Positions 49,422-59,520 of a DNA stretch of 64,000 nucleotides are shown here, in pieces. The position numbers and the translations under genes were made by a program. Numbering within the stretch: position 1 is the first letter of the stretch; the number at the start of each line of letters is the position of its first letter. Under the pieces are notes generated by a model, which was given only the letters and a program-made list of their open reading frames with translations, searched no databases and was not told the DNA's origin. The DNA is from Escherichia coli (GTDB lineage: Bacteria > Pseudomonadota > Gammaproteobacteria > Enterobacterales > Enterobacteriaceae): the NCBI RefSeq assembly GCF_001677475.2, contig NZ_CP015229.1; one strand, written 5' to 3'.

Positions 49422-49619
49422 GACTTGTTTTACCTCGCTTTATTACCGCGCAGTGTAGGACCAATGCGGGTTGATGTAAAACTTTGTTCGCCCCTGGAGA
49501 AAGCCTCGTGTATACTCCTCACCCTTATAAAAGTCCCTTTCAAAAAAGGCCGCGGTGCTTTACAAAGCAGCAGCAATTGCAGTAAAATTCCGCACCATTT
49601 TGAAATAAGCTGGCGTTGA

Positions 49620-49874
<255 letters not shown>

Positions 49875-49984
49875 TTCCCCGAGAGCGTTGCTCTCCGATC
49901 AGACTGAGTTGTAGTTGTAAGGCCGTGCTTCCGAAAGGAATGCGCGGCTTATTTTCGTTTATGAATTGCTAAAAATCGGGGCCT

Positions 49985-51730
49985 ATGGCTGGACGAATCC
50001 CACGCGTATTCATTAATGATCTGCTGGCACGCACCGACATCGTCGATCTGATCGATGCCCGTGTGAAGCTGAAAAAGCAGGGCAAGAATTTCCACGCGTG
50101 TTGTCCATTCCACAACGAGAAAACCCCATCATTCACCGTTAACGGTGAGAAACAGTTTTACCACTGCTTTGGATGTGGCGCGCACGGCAACGCGATCGAC
50201 TTCCTGATGAACTACGACAAGCTTGAGTTCGTCGAAACGGTCGAAGAGCTGGCAGCAATGCACAATCTTGAAGTGCCATTTGAAGCAGGTAGCGGCCCCA
50301 GCCAGATCGAGCGCCATCAGCGGCAAACGCTTTATCAGTTGATGGACGGTCTGAATACGTTTTACCAACAATCTTTACAGCAACCTGTTGCCACGTCTGC
50401 GCGCCAGTATCTGGAAAAACGCGGATTAAGCCACGAGGTTATCGCCCGCTTTGCGATTGGTTTTGCCCCCCCTGGCTGGGACAACGTCCTGAAGCGGTTT
50501 GGCGGCAATCCAGAAAATCGCCAGTCATTGATTGATGCGGGCATGTTGGTCACTAACGATCAGGGGCGCAGTTACGACCGTTTCCGCGAGCGGGTGATGT
50601 TCCCCATTCGCGATAAACGCGGTCGGGTGATTGGTTTTGGCGGGCGTGTGCTGGGCAACGATACCCCCAAATACCTGAACTCGCCGGAAACAGACATTTT
50701 CCATAAAGGCCGCCAGCTTTACGGTCTTTATGAAGCGCAGCAGGATAACGCTGAACCCAATCGTCTGCTTGTGGTCGAAGGCTATATGGACGTGGTGGCG
50801 CTGGCGCAATACGGCATTAATTACGCCGTTGCGTCGTTAGGTACGTCAACCACCGCCGATCACATACAACTGTTGTTCCGCGCGACCAACAATGTCATTT
50901 GCTGTTATGACGGCGACCGTGCAGGCCGCGATGCCGCCTGGCGAGCGCTGGAAACGGCGCTGCCTTACATGACAGACGGTCGTCAGCTACGTTTTATGTT
51001 TTTGCCTGATGGCGAAGACCCTGACACGCTGGTACGAAAAGAAGGTAAAGAAGCGTTTGAAGCGCGGATGGAGCAGGCGATGCCACTCTCCGCATTTCTG
51101 TTTAACAGTCTGATGCCGCAAGTTGATCTGAGTACCCCTGACGGGCGCGCACGTTTAAGTACGCTGGCACTGCCATTGATATCGCAAGTGCCGGGCGAAA
51201 CGCTGCGAATATATCTTCGTCAGGAATTAGGCAACAAATTAGGCATACTTGATGACAGCCAGCTTGAACGATTAATGCCAAAAGCGGCAGAGAGCGGCGT
51301 TTCTCGCCCTGTTCCGCAGCTAAAACGCACGACCATGCGTATACTTATAGGGTTGCTGGTGCAAAATCCAGAATTAGCGACGTTGGTCCCGCCGCTTGAG
51401 AATCTGGATGAAAATAAGCTCCCTGGACTTGGCTTATTCAGAGAACTGGTCAACACTTGTCTCTCCCAGCCAGGTCTGACCACCGGGCAACTTTTAGAGC
51501 ACTATCGTGGTACAAATAATGCTGCCACCCTTGAAAAACTGTCGATGTGGGACGATATAGCAGATAAGAATATTGCTGAGCAAACCTTCACCGACTCACT
51601 CAACCATATGTTTGATTCGCTGCTTGAACTGCGCCAGGAAGAGTTAATCGCTCGTGAGCGCACGCATGGTTTAAGCAACGAAGAACGCCTGGAGCTCTGG
51701 ACATTAAACCAGGAGCTGGCGAAAAAGTGA
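49985..51730 (+). CDS. dnaG: DNA primase
   Basis: 581 aa; zinc-binding CCPFHNEKTPSF, TOPRIM domain. Confidence 0.95.
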   Translation: MAGRIPRVFINDLLARTDIVDLIDARVKLKKQGKNFHACCPFHNEKTPSFTVNGEKQFYHCFGCGAHGNAIDFLMNYDKLEFVETVEELAAMHNLEVPFEAGSGPSQIERHQRQTLYQLMDGLNTFYQQSLQQPVATSARQYLEKRGLSHEVIARFAIGFAPPGWDNVLKRFGGNPENRQSLIDAGMLVTNDQGRSYDRFRERVMFPIRDKRGRVIGFGGRVLGNDTPKYLNSPETDIFHKGRQLYGLYEAQQDNAEPNRLLVVEGYMDVVALAQYGINYAVASLGTSTTADHIQLLFRATNNVICCYDGDRAGRDAAWRALETALPYMTDGRQLRFMFLPDGEDPDTLVRKEGKEAFEARMEQAMPLSAFLFNSLMPQVDLSTPDGRARLSTLALPLISQVPGETLRIYLRQELGNKLGILDDSQLERLMPKAAESGVSRPVPQLKRTTMRILIGLLVQNPELATLVPPLENLDENKLPGLGLFRELVNTCLSQPGLTTGQLLEHYRGTNNAATLEKLSMWDDIADKNIAEQTFTDSLNHMFDSLLELRQEELIARERTHGLSNEERLELWTLNQELAKK

Positions 51731-51924
51731 TTTAACGGCTTAAGTGCCGAAGAGCGATCGGGAAGCCCCCGACAGCCGCACTGAGAGGCAGCGGCAAATA
51801 TATAAGTACGCCCTCGTAATTATCGTTGGCGGTAAACAACCGTTGGATTTCAGCGTTAACGGCTGAAGGACATCGGGTCAATCGCCCAACACCAACCTCA
51901 TGAAATAAGTGTGGATACCGTCTT

Positions 51925-53766
<1,842 letters not shown>

Positions 53767-53844
53767 TCGGTAGGCCGGATCAGGTGTTACGCCGCACCCG
53801 GCACTAGTCCCTCCGCACAAACGCTACCTTTTCGGTGGCGTTTT

Positions 53845-54351
53845 TTATCGCCCACGCACTACCAGCGCCTGGTCCAGCTCGCGATACGCTTCAACCAGTT
53901 TCTCCAGTGAAACGCGACTTAAACCGCTGGGATTTGGCAGCACCCAAATCTGCGTCGAACCAATGGTGAGCGTTTGTTTCCCCCACTGTGCACCGCGCTG
54001 GCTGAATCCCTGTTCATATGCTTGTTTGCCCAGAATCGCCAACGCCTGCGGCTGATAATCTTCAATTTTTTCAATCAGCTTACGCCCGCCTGCGTGTAGT
54101 TCTTGCTTTGAAACTTCATTGGCTTGCACCGTTGGACGGTCTACCAGTTTGGTGACGCCACAACGATAATCCAGCAGATGCTGTGCCTCCTGCGGCTTCA
54201 ACTGACGGTCGGTAAACCCGGCCTGATATATCACCTTCCAGAAGCGATTTGCCGGATGAGCAAAGGGAAAACCAGTCCCGGCGGATGAAAGCCCAGGGTT
54301 GATACCGCAAAACACGACCCGTAACCCTGGAGCCAAAATATCCTCAACCAT
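53845..54351 (-). CDS. mug: G/U mismatch-specific uracil-DNA glycosylase
   Basis: 168 aa; GINPG motif. Confidence 0.9.
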
Positions 54352-54475
54352 ATTTACTCCTTTCTAACATCACCAGGAAAAGTATAACGAATTGAAAATA
54401 CATTGTTTATAAAAACAGCAGGCGCGCGGTAATGGCTGGATTGCGACACGGAGTTACTTTATAATCCGCTACCAT

Positions 54476-54551
54476 GGCCCCTTAGCTCAGTGGTTAGAGC
54501 AGGCGACTCATAATCGCTTGGTCGCTGGTTCAAGTCCAGCAGGGGCCACCA
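54476..54551 (+). tRNA. ileX: tRNA-Ile2 (anticodon CAU, lysidine-modified), ileX-type
   Basis: 76-nt cloverleaf GGCCCCTTAGCTCAGTGGTTAGAGCAGGCGACTCATAATCGC...GGGGCCACCA with CAT anticodon and encoded CCA; differs from both Met tRNAs. Confidence 0.85.
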
Positions 54552-54765
54552 GATTTCAATGAATTACAGATGTATCCAAACTATCTTGCTTTACCAGGAT
54601 ACTTATAGGATACCTCTGAGAAGTATTAACAAGTAAGAATTGGCTCATGCCTACAGAACAGTTGGGTCGTAGCAGCCGTTCACCTGCGAACAAGAAAGTG
54701 CTACGGGTCTGAACTTTTGCCCCCAACTCTCCAAGAGACCGGCAAAAACCCTGACGGAGGTATCA

Positions 54766-54909
54766 ATGGATACTTTAAGAAAGGGCTCAGACCTGCTGTC
54801 TGCACGTGTGATTGCCGTTACAGGTTTAATCGCAGCACTTGGCAATTTAGGTCTATGCCCAATAGCCGTAGTGCTAGTATGTATAGCTTTAGTTATCATG
54901 CTGAAGTAA
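54766..54909 (+). CDS. Candidate 47-aa small membrane peptide (MDTLRKGSDLLSARVIAVTGLIAALGNLGLCPIAVVLVCIALVIMLK)
   Basis: ATG preceded by GGAGG at correct spacing; followed by GGCCCAGCtttcGCTGGGCC hairpin; rare codons (TTA, AGA, CTA, ATA); below the ORF-track size cutoff. Confidence 0.35.
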   Translation: MDTLRKGSDLLSARVIAVTGLIAALGNLGLCPIAVVLVCIALVIMLK

Positions 54910-55652
54910 TGACAGCGTAACAAGCTCGGCCCAGCTTTCGCTGGGCCTCCCATTTCTACCTCCCAAAATCTATTAGAAACAATAAGCCACTAAAGAAAGA
55001 GCTTTTGCTGGCTACAATACTCACATACAAACAATTTTTATTTTTCGCGGGCGTAAAAAAACGATGGGGCTGGCAGTCCGGAAGACGTCAGGGTACAGAG
55101 ATTTGTACCCGCCTCTCCCTGTGCATGAGCACAATAAGTAACCGAAGGCGGAATTCCGCCCTCGGTACTCACATATGAGAAACGATATTTCTTCCACCGA
55201 TACCCTTTATTTGGGTATCGCGAGTAAGCCCCAAAATCTGGGTGTTACTCTTACTACCCAAACTACGGGTAGTTTCCGTAGTTTCATGGTCGAGTTGCAG
55301 ATCTGCAACTCACCCACCAGCCAACGCAATTTTGCGTTATCGGGAATATCAGCAAGTTACCGCCGCAGTCGTTCCGGCTTCTTCCACTGGTAAGTATTTT
55401 TCGCGCTCTCCCTCCGTTGTTGAGAACGGCGACGGTATGCCAGCAACTCAAGGACTCTGATCCGTATGTCGCGCATATCCACGCCGTTAAGCTCGATACC
55501 GTCACGGCGCATCATCTCTGCCACCACACGCGCGTAATTTTCGGCTATCACGCTGTCCGGCTGCGTGGCCTCCTATTTGCTTGATGGTTGTTTGATTCCG
55601 GTAACGCGGCGGATTAATCCCAGCAATTCAGATTCTGTCATAGTGCGCTACG

Positions 55653-55992
55653 TTACTTGTCTTTATTCGGCTGCAACTTATCCGGCACATTTCCGGTAGT
55701 TTCCATCAGGTAATCAGCCAGTATCTGTGGGAGGTTGTCGGCAACTCTGGCACTGGCATTACAGGCTTTAACCACTTCCCTTTTAAGCCCATCCAGCATA
55801 GCGGGGGTAATGTGTGGGAAGCTCCTTTGCATAGTAAGCGGGAGGCTGTCCATGATTGATGAAATCTGACTCGCCAGTTTTGAAAGCGCGTACATGCAAA
55901 ACTCTGTATCAATCACGTCACCGCGATCGCGCTCGTTTTTAAGTTCCTGCGCCTCCGCCTGTGCTGTCAGTAATCTGATCCTGACTCGTAAG
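55653..55992 (-). pseudogene. Nu1-like small terminase subunit, C-terminal fragment (gene split by IS insertion)
   Basis: Translation ...LLTAQAEAQELKNERDRGDVIDTEFCMYALSKLASQISSIMDSLPLTMQRSF... resembles the lambda Nu1 C-terminal half; frame is open up to the IS boundary. Confidence 0.7.
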
Positions 55993-56085
55993 TATGAGAC
56001 GACAATAACTCAGTCCGCCTGGCGCCGATTATTCTGGCCGGTTTTGTAACCTGAGTGTCATTTACATGATCCAACAGGAAATGGC

Positions 56086-57465
56086 GTGACGCTCAATACT
56101 TCTCAGGTCAGTTACTATATGACTCAGCGTAAGAAAGGTATAACTCAGCATATCTCGGCCATGAAGGCTGGTATCTCAGTCCGTTCTGGTCGTCGGATCG
56201 AAAAAGGAGAGTGGGCAAAAAACAGTGTTCGGCACTGGCGCACACGCAAAGATCCTCTGGAAGCTGTGTGGGACAGCATGCTTGTTCCTCTGTTGAAAGA
56301 GAGGCCGGCTCTGACACCAACAACTCTACTGGAGATGCTACAGGATAAATATCCCGGCCAGTACCCCAACAGCCTTCGAAGAACAATGCAACGGCGGGTT
56401 CGCGAATGGAAACTACAGTATGGTACAGAGCAGGAGGTCATGTTCCGCCAGCAACATCAGCCCGGCCTGCGAGGCCTGTCGGACTTTACTGAACTGAAAG
56501 GTGTAGTTGTCACCATCGCCGGTAAGTTGTTGGCGCATAAGTTGTATCACTTCCGTCTGGAATGGAGCCACTGGAGCTGGATGCGGGTTGTTCTGGGTGG
56601 TGAGAGCTTCTCTGCTCTGGCTGAAGGCCTGCAGGAAGCCCTCGGACAACTGGGCGGAGTGCCGGTAGAACATAAAACGGACAGCCTGAGGGCAGCATGG
56701 AAACAACAGGGCGAAGATGGACGCCGCGAGCTGACTGAGCGTTATGCTACTCTCTGTCAGCACTACGGAATGCAGGGCGTACACAATAATGCCGGTCGGG
56801 GCCACGAAAATGGCTCGGTTGAAAGTGCCCACGGACATCTGAAAAGGCGTATCTGTCAGGCGCTGATACTGCGGGGCAGTAACGACTTCAGCACCATAGA
56901 AGAATATCAGGCCTTCATCACTCAGCAGGTTATGCGGCACAACCGTAACAATCAGGATCTGGTCAAGGAAGAACGTCTTCATCTGAAACCGCTGCCGCTT
57001 CGTCGCAGTGCTGACTATGATGAGCTGACTGTGAGGGTTAGTCGCAGCAGTACCATCAATGTGAAGCACGTCGTCTACAGCGTACCTTCCCGGCTTGTAG
57101 GTCAACTGTTACGGGTCAGGTTATGGGACGATCGTCTGAGCTGTTACGTTGGCAGCAGCGAGGTCATGAGCTGCCCTCGCGTCAGACCAGAAAAAGGGAA
57201 GACGCGGGCCCGTCGTATCGACTTCCGACATGTGATCGACAGTCTGGCAAAAAAGCCCGGTGCGTTCTGCCATGCAACGCTGAGAAATGACATCCTGCCG
57301 GACGATGAATGGCGGAGGCTGTGGCGTCGCTTATGTAATCATCTGGAGCCCGATATGGCAGGAAGGCTGATGGTACATGCCGGGAAACGTGGATCTGCAC
57401 CGGCTGATGCGCTTCCTGGGTATAAAAGAAAAGGCGTTGCCGGTAGTCAATGTGATACAGCATAA
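56086..57465 (+). CDS. istA: IS21-family transposase IstA
   Basis: 459-aa ORF (GTG 56086; ATG at 56119 also possible); N-terminal HTH-like region and DDE-type catalytic core typical of IstA. Confidence 0.8.
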   Translation: MTLNTSQVSYYMTQRKKGITQHISAMKAGISVRSGRRIEKGEWAKNSVRHWRTRKDPLEAVWDSMLVPLLKERPALTPTTLLEMLQDKYPGQYPNSLRRTMQRRVREWKLQYGTEQEVMFRQQHQPGLRGLSDFTELKGVVVTIAGKLLAHKLYHFRLEWSHWSWMRVVLGGESFSALAEGLQEALGQLGGVPVEHKTDSLRAAWKQQGEDGRRELTERYATLCQHYGMQGVHNNAGRGHENGSVESAHGHLKRRICQALILRGSNDFSTIEEYQAFITQQVMRHNRNNQDLVKEERLHLKPLPLRRSADYDELTVRVSRSSTINVKHVVYSVPSRLVGQLLRVRLWDDRLSCYVGSSEVMSCPRVRPEKGKTRARRIDFRHVIDSLAKKPGAFCHATLRNDILPDDEWRRLWRRLCNHLEPDMAGRLMVHAGKRGSAPADALPGYKRKGVAGSQCDTA

Positions 57466-57510
57466 CCTGAGCAGTTATGAGCAACTACTGCGTGGCAAGG
57501 GAGGTTCGCA

Positions 57511-58266
57511 GTGAGCAATATCCATCACCTTGAACATAGCCTGCGTAAACTACGCCTGACACGAGTTGGAGCTGAATGGCACGCTCTGGAAAAACGAGCG
57601 CTGGCAGAAGGCTGGACACCATCGCGCTATCTTCTGACGCTATGCAATGAAGAACTCCTGTGGCGCGAGAGTGAAAAACTGCGTCGTTATAAAAAGGAGG
57701 CCCGGTTGCCAGTTGCCAAAACGCTGAGCGAATACGACTTCAGTCAGGTGCCGGAACTGAATGGAGCTCAGTTCCGGCAACTCTGTGAAACGACAGACTG
57801 GGTTGATGCAGGAGAAAACGTTCTGCTGTTCGGAGCCAGCGGGTTGGGGAAAAGCCATCTGGCGGCAGCGATCGTGGATGGCGTAGTAGGTCAGGGCTAC
57901 CGGGCCCGGTTCTACAGCGCAGGAGAGCTGTTGCAGGAACTACGTAAAGCCAGAGCTCAGTTGAAACTGAATGAGCTGCTACTGAAACTGGATCGCTACC
58001 GGGTGATAGTGGTGGATGATCTTGGCTATGTCAAACGCGATAGTGCCGAAACGGGTGTGCTGTTCGAGTTAATAGCGCATCGCTATGAACGTGGGAGCCT
58101 GGTGATAACCAGTAACCATCCGTTCAGCATGTGGGGCAGCATCTTCGTGGATGAGACTATGGCGGTGGCTGCGGCAGACAGGCTGATCCATCACGGATAT
58201 ATGTTCGAACTGAAAGGGGAAAGCTACAGGAAAAAGACAGCGAAGGCAGTAACAAGCGCGACTTGA
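57511..58266 (+). CDS. istB: IS21-family helper ATPase IstB
   Basis: 251 aa; Walker A FGASGLGKSHLA and Walker B VIVVDDLGY; GTG start with GGAGG RBS. Confidence 0.85.
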   Translation: MSNIHHLEHSLRKLRLTRVGAEWHALEKRALAEGWTPSRYLLTLCNEELLWRESEKLRRYKKEARLPVAKTLSEYDFSQVPELNGAQFRQLCETTDWVDAGENVLLFGASGLGKSHLAAAIVDGVVGQGYRARFYSAGELLQELRKARAQLKLNELLLKLDRYRVIVVDDLGYVKRDSAETGVLFELIAHRYERGSLVITSNHPFSMWGSIFVDETMAVAAADRLIHHGYMFELKGESYRKKTAKAVTSAT

Positions 58267-58331
58267 TGTCGCCCTGAAGGGTGCGGCCAGTATAGTTGGC
58301 GCGAGTCGGCAAAACTAGTTGACGTCTAATA

Positions 58332-58544
58332 TCGTAAGAGTTCATCATCATCAATCTCGCCTTTGTCGTTTGTAAGCTGGCTAATTGCATTGTTAACCCT
58401 ATTGTCTATCACGCTGGCAACATCATAAAACGCCTCACGGCCTTTACGTTCAACGGGAGTCACTCCCCACTTGTCGAATGCTGTAGCACTTACCCGGCAG
58501 CTTTGCGCCATGGTTTTTTTGTTCATCAGGTGCGATTTCATCAA
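58332..58544 (-). pseudogene. Nu1-like small terminase subunit, N-terminal fragment (gene split by IS insertion)
   Basis: MNKKTMAQSCRVSATAFDKWGVTPVERKGREAFYDVASVI... resembles lambda Nu1 N-terminal winged-helix region; frame runs into the IS and stops two codons inside it. Confidence 0.7.
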
Positions 58545-58639
58545 TATCCCAACTTGGTCAAGGTTTCAGGTTGGTGTGTTGGTGTTATCTTTCCCTTTTT
58601 ATTCATGGAGATAGAGCAAACAACAAAACCACCACCACC

Positions 58640-58725
58640 CCCCTGAAAAAGCTCATAAATAGCGAAAAACCGCGAGGTCGCCGCCCCGTAACGGGTCCAT
58701 ATGCCGGAAAGGACCCGTAAAAAAA
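58640..58725 (-). other. Lambda-type cos site (cosQ-cosN-cosB); cosN 12-nt cohesive-end sequence at 58675-58686
   Basis: Reverse strand reads ACGGGTCCTTTCCGGCATATGGACCCGTTACG-GGGCGGCGACCT-CGCGGTTTTTCGCTATTTATGAGC, near-identical to the lambda cos region as recalled; lies immediately upstream of the Nu1-like gene as in lambda. Confidence 0.7.
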
Positions 58726-58741
58726 GCCGGATTTCTCCGGC
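58719..58741 (-). terminator. Rho-independent terminator after the capsid operon
   Basis: Reverse strand stem GGCCGGAGAAATCCGGC followed by TTTTTTT. Confidence 0.5.
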
Positions 58742-58747
58742 CTTGTC

Positions 58748-59161
58748 TCAGATGGTTTTCAGTATGCGATCGATGTCGCCATCATCGCCCGGGTTTCTGC
58801 CAGCGTATGCCATACCAGCTGATACGGCTTTCGGGCTGTGCATGTCCATAAAGTTTTCAAAGGCTGCGGTAAGCTCTGGTGCAACCTTCTGGCGTTCCTG
58901 CTCTATGGTCATGCTAAGGATGCTTTTAGCCGTACCAACATCGATACAAGGCACGTTTGCCATTGCACGTAACAGCGGCTGATAGTCGCCAGATTCATCA
59001 AGCGCCATAATCGCATCAGAGCGCGGCTTGTCCTTCTCTTCCAGGCTGTTAAGTTGATATACGGCCTCGTAGGTTGATAAACCTCTGTCAGCCATTGCCC
59101 GCGCTTCGGCCTTAAATTTACTCGCCAGCGGTAGCGTCATGATGCTTTCATTCGTTGCCAT
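58748..59161 (-). CDS. Hypothetical 137-aa protein, last gene of the capsid operon
   Basis: Tightly packed 12 nt downstream of the D-like gene; no family recognised. Confidence 0.5.
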   Translation of the reverse strand: MATNESIMTLPLASKFKAEARAMADRGLSTYEAVYQLNSLEEKDKPRSDAIMALDESGDYQPLLRAMANVPCIDVGTAKSILSMTIEQERQKVAPELTAAFENFMDMHSPKAVSAGMAYAGRNPGDDGDIDRILKTI

Positions 59162-59173
59162 CGTTCCCTCTGC

Positions 59174-59509
59174 TTATCGGGCCAGTGGCTGAACGGATAC
59201 GCCAGAACCCGCAAAGGCGGCGCATTTTTTCGCATCGGTGTCGACGCTCTCAGGCCAGTTAACGGCGGCGATATTAAATATCCCCGTCTTATAGCACTGT
59301 GCTGATTTCTGCGTCGACGTGTCAACGGGGTACGAGGTCAGATAAACAGCCTTGCCAGATTCCTGACCATCCCACGGCTTAAACTCGCCATTTTCCGCCA
59401 GCATCAGCGGGGTAAATTCCTGAATAACTCCAGCATCAGCGGCAAAATGTACCAGCGTCGTGGATACCTGCTGACTGCCTGCAAATAACTCAATGTATGG
59501 AGTGTTCAT
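59174..59509 (-). CDS. Head decoration protein, lambda gpD-like
   Basis: 111 aa; shared blocks with lambda D as recalled (TPLML, WDG, YKxGxF, WPE, KKxAAFAG); size matches (lambda D 110 aa). Confidence 0.7.
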   Translation of the reverse strand: MNTPYIELFAGSQQVSTTLVHFAADAGVIQEFTPLMLAENGEFKPWDGQESGKAVYLTSYPVDTSTQKSAQCYKTGIFNIAAVNWPESVDTDAKKCAAFAGSGVSVQPLAR

Positions 59510-59520
59510 AGAATCCCCCG

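Larger units (their letters stand above)
55993..58331 (+). mobile_element. IS21-family insertion sequence (about 2.34 kb) with imperfect terminal inverted repeats and a 7-bp direct repeat TCGTAAG
   Basis: istA-istB gene pair; left end TATGAGACGACAAT... matches reverse complement of right end TATTAGACGTCAAC...; TCGTAAG at 55986-55992 and 58332-58338; boundaries within a few bp. Confidence 0.8.

Noticed and set aside
54651-54953. 100-aa minus-strand ORF overlapping the small hydrophobic peptide gene
   Set aside because: Pro/Ala/Arg-rich translation with no start context; more likely the antisense frame of the small peptide gene.
55357-55551. 64-aa minus-strand ORF downstream of the Nu1-like gene, considered as a remnant of a large terminase (gpA) gene
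   Set aside because: No resemblance to the gpA N-terminus, GTG start without a usable RBS, and the region is dominated by hairpins; left unannotated.
56413-57105. 230-aa minus-strand ORF inside the IS element
   Set aside because: Antisense to istA; IS21-family elements encode only istA and istB.
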